Shown here: positions 60,110 through 64,000 of the stretch, piece by piece | Position numbering within the stretch: the stretch's first letter is position 1 | Layout of the letters: each line of letters starts with the position of its first letter | Assembly (NCBI RefSeq): GCF_048593235.1 | Contig: NC_133617.1 | Span: 752,339,897 to 752,403,896, forward strand | Length of the DNA: 64,000 nt | Source: Sminthopsis crassicaudata | Lineage: Eukaryota | Reading direction: 5' to 3' | Notes under the pieces: model-generated | What the model was told of the DNA's origin: nothing | Databases searched by the model: none | What the model saw: the letters and a program-made list of their open reading frames with translations, nothing else | Made by a program: the position numbers and the translations under genes

Positions 60110-61140
60110 AACAAATTTTCTTTTTTTTATATTAAAGCTTTTTATTTTCAAAACATGCATAGATAATTTCCACTCATCCTTGCAAAACCTTATGTTCCAA
60201 AAATTTTCCCTATCTTCCCTCACCCCCTTCCCTGAACAACAAGTAATTCAATATATGTTAAACATGTGCAATTCTTCTATACATACTTCCATAATTATGC
60301 TGCACAAGAAAAATCTGATCAAAAAGGGGGAAAATGAGAAATGCAAAGCAAACAACAAGAAAAAGAGTGAGACATTTAACATGTATAAGACTGACTGCCA
60401 TCTAGGGGAGGGAGTGGAGGGAAGGAGGGGAAAATTCATATTAGAAGTGAGTGCAAGGGATAATGTTGTAAAAAATTACCCATGCATATGTACTGTCAAA
60501 AAAAAGTTATAATTATAAAATTAATTTTAAAAATAAAGTATATAAAAAAGAAAAAGAGTGAGAATATTATGTTGTGATTCACACTCAGTTCCCACAGTTC
60601 TCTCTCTCTGGATGTAGATGGCTTTCTTCATCACAAGATCACTGGAACTGGTCTGATTCATCTCATTGTTGAGGACAATCATGTCCATCAGAATTGATCA
60701 CTATATAATATTGATGTTGCTGTGAACAATGATTTCCTGGTTCTGCTCATGTCACTCAGCATCAATTCCTGTAAGTATCTCCAGGTTTCTCTGAAGTCAT
60801 CCCGTTAGTCATCCCTCACAGAACAATAATATTCCATAGCATTCATATACCACAATTTATTCAGCCAATCTCCAAGTGATGGGCATCCACTCAGTTTCCA
60901 GTTTCTTTTGACTACAAAAAGGGCCGCCACAAACATTTTGGCACATACAGGTCCCTTTCCCCTCTTTAGTATTTCTTTGGGATATAAGCCCAGTAGTAGC
61001 ACTGCTGGGTCAAAGGGTATGCACAGTTTGATAACTTTTTGAGCATAGTTCCAAATTGCTCTCCAGAATGGTTGGATCAGCCCACAACTCCACCACTTTT
61101 CCCACATCTCTTCCAATATTCATCATCTTTTCCAGTCATC
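60110..61140 (-). mobile_element. L1 3' end, with a nested young L1 tail at 60373-60549 (+)
   Basis: Reverse ORF2 end MEEMWEKWWSCGLIQPFWRAIWNYAQK...; inner TSD GAAAAAGAGTGAGA at 60359-60372 and 60550-60563. Confidence 0.88.
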
Positions 61141-62269
61141 TGAACACTTTTTCAAGCCAAAAACAGACCCCAAACACCCTGATAAACATACGTGTGTGTT
61201 TGTACATATGTATTATATATATATATATTATACATATATACTGCCAGTTCCTATTAATGATCATGATTAAATTTGCTCTTCAGTGTGACCTGGGGGTTAG
61301 AATACTTTTTTATGATGCCCAGGATCCTCTGCAAATGAGCCCAATTCCAAAAGTCCTCCTTGACAGCCCTCCATTTCTCTAGCCAGAGATCTTGTTCACC
61401 TGAGTAGGCTGTCAGGGGACCACGGCAAAGGGGACAATGGGCATTCAGACACAACAGATTGATGAACCACCCTGGGTCTGGCTTGCCACACTGCTGATCT
61501 CAGGTTAGGGACCACTTTCTGCCTGCTGGACCATGGGTCAGTCACCCAAGCTCTGGTGTGAAGTTTTTGCATCTGTTAAAGGAGAGGATCGCACTGGGTG
61601 AGCCTCTGTGGGCTCTTGGAGGATTAAGTTTGTAATCCTGTTTTGCACACTATCCGGTGTTGTGGCTATAGAGATAAATTTCGCTTTTCTTATCAGTGAA
61701 ATGGGGATGATTATTCAGGATTTAGGGTTAGAATCTTTAGGCTCAATTCCAGATCCATCTCCCTGCTAGATTTATTGTGAGGAAGCACCAAACTCAGGGC
61801 ATGATTTAAAAGTCAGCTCTCTTTTGAAGAGCAGTGGTTACAAATATAAAAGAGTCAGAGGAACCAGTGGTTACTATTGTTAAATCCCTATTATGTCTCC
61901 CCTGCCAACTGCCAGGACTCTGGGCTCTACTGCCAATCTCTGATAAAACAAACAAGAACTCCATAACTGACTACTAGAACTCACCCAAGGGGTGAGTATG
62001 ACCCACAACAGTCAGAACCAATTTACCCCCAGCTGAAAGCAATAACTTTTGTCAGTCGGTAAATCAGTCAACAAGCATTTACTGAGGGTGTACTCTGTTC
62101 CAGGCTCTGCGCCAAGAGCTATTGACCCCACAAGGAGCTCACAGTCCTGTGAGGATGACAATGACGAAACAGCTGTATTGAAGGTAAATGGGAGAGAGAC
62201 CGGGAAAGGCTTTGTAATACAGTCTTTTTGCATAATATTTTGGGTTTATTTTCCTTATTTACAAACAAA

Positions 62270-62596
62270 ATATTTAGTTTTTCTAAAATTTTAAGTTCCA
62301 AATTCTGTCCTACCCTTTGCCTCCCCTCTCCCCAAGGTGGTAAGCAATCAGATATACATTAAACATGGGCAATCCTGTAAAACATTTTTATATTAGTCAT
62401 TTTGTACAAGAGGGAAAAGGGAGGGAAGTGGGTGAAGAGAGAGACAGAGATGGGAGAGAGACAGAGGCAGAGTCAGAACTAGAAAGAGAGGCAGAAAGAA
62501 AAAGACAGACAAAGAAGAGACAGAGACGGAGACAGAGAGAAAGAGAGAGGCAGAGAGAAAGAAACTAGCCTGCTTCAGTCTGTATTCAGACAGTAT
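62270..62596 (-). mobile_element. L1 3' UTR fragment with GA-rich expansion
   Basis: ttttaagttccaaattctgtcctaccc...gtggtaagcaatcagatata...cctgcttcagtctgtattcagac. Confidence 0.65.
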
Positions 62597-62599
62597 TGA

Positions 62600-63135
62600 T
62601 GTAGTTTAGGAGAGCAATTTCTAGTTCCAAATGATATGTTTGGAGTTCAGCACCAAATGTTGGAGTTTGATCGTGTGAAGAATTCACAATGGCCATTCTC
62701 TTCGCCAAAAGGTAGGTTTATTTAGAAGAGGTTACAGACAGAATGAAGAGAAACCGTCAGAAATGGTAAATATGAAATAGAGTAGGAAAAACATATAGTT
62801 AGCAAGGAAAGTGGTTTTAAAAAATTAATGATGGAAGGAAAGTTCCCTAGTGGAACTCACAATTAGCCCCCAGGAGGTTGGAATATGCTCTTGGCTCATA
62901 GGCTAAATCCTAAAGGGGATTTAGCAACCTAAAAAAGTTAGTTAGCTATAAGGAGAAAGAATAGAAGCATGATGTGAGATGAGAGGACAGACACTACATG
63001 GGATGGGGGAGAGACAAGGGAAAAGACACCAGAAGACAGAGTACCATGGCAGGCTATAACCCAAAAGAGGTTCAGCCAAGATGGTGTGAGCTATGGACAA
63101 ATTTATAGGGCAAATTTAATCCCCAGGGTTTCATA
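62600..63135 (-). mobile_element. Probable LTR (approximate limits)
   Basis: LTR-like composition with AATAAA on the minus strand near 62717, between two L1 pieces; no clear TSD. Confidence 0.45.
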
Positions 63136-63149
63136 TAACTAGGATTTCT

Positions 63150-63895
63150 TTTTTTTTAATTAATTAAAGTTTTTATTTTCCAAACATATGCATGGATAAT
63201 TTTTTAATATTGACCCTTGAAAATTCCAGTGTTCTCCTTCTTCCCCGCACTCCCTCCTCTAGATGACAAATAATCCAATATATATTAAATCCAATACATG
63301 CATGCACATTTATACAATTATCTTGCTACACAATAAAAATCAGATCAAAAAGGAAAAAATGAGAAAGAAAATAAAATGAAAGCAAACAACAACAAAAATA
63401 GTGAAAATGCCCCACAGTCCTCTCTCTGGGTGTAGCTGGCTCTCTTCATCACAAGATCATTGGAACTGGCCTGAAGCATCTCATTGTTGAAAAGAGTCAC
63501 GTCCATCAGAACTGATCATATAGTCTTGTTCCCGTGTACAGTGATCTCCTGTTTCTGCTCATTTCACTTAGCATCACTTCATGTAAGTCTCTCCAGGTTT
63601 CTCTGAAATCATCTTGCTGATAGCTTCTTATGCAACAACAATATTCCATAACATTCCTATACCATAACTTTTTCAGCCATTCCCCAATTGATGGGCAGCC
63701 ACTCATTTTCCAATTTCTTGTCACTATAAAAAGGGTTACTACAAACATTTTTGAACATGTGCATCATTTTTCCTCCTTTAAGATCTCTTTGGGATACAGA
63801 GCCAGCAGTGACACTGTTAGATCAAAGGGTATTGTGCAGAGCGTAATAGCCCTTTGGCATAGTCCCAAATTGCTCTCCAGAATGGTTGGATCAGT
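63150..63895 (-). mobile_element. L1 3' end
   Basis: Reverse ORF2 tail MFVVTLFIVTRNWKMSGCPSIGEWLKKLWY... plus 3' UTR. Confidence 0.88.
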
Positions 63896-64000
63896 TGATG
63901 CTCAATTTTGCTGATTCTTAGCTGCAATCCAAGTTCCTTTGCCTTTCAGAATATCAGATTCCATGCCCTTTGATCTTTTAAAATGGAAGCTTCTAGGTCC

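Overview
Mammalian genomic DNA. The L1, RTE, L2, MIR and tRNA-SINE repeat content suggests an Australian marsupial, probably a dasyuromorph (inference); the assembly is gapped. The core is the conserved trio C7orf25 (minus, single coding exon, 421 aa), PSMA2 (minus, 8 exons, 234 aa, all GT-AG junctions resolved) and MRPL32 (plus, 3 exons). PSMA2 and MRPL32 share a 262-bp head-to-head promoter. There is also a full-length RPS29 retrocopy with target-site duplications (TSDs). The most interesting signal is not in the ORF track: a candidate spliced orphan secreted-protein gene at about 13.2-17.0 kb. It has a TATA-like box, a signal-peptide exon, a Ser/Glu/Pro-rich exon with a doubtful 5' end, and a terminal exon with AATAAA. 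It lies just downstream of a solo LTR. Other highlights: an ERV remnant joining a beta-like integrase to a gamma-type env TM relic whose heptad is tandemly amplified; an in-frame PSMA2-C7orf25 read-through option; an ARE in PSMA2 intron 1; an OC1-like hAT MITE; a three-level nested L1; and several VNTRs. Repeat family names are from recognition, not database searches, and many repeat boundaries are approximate.
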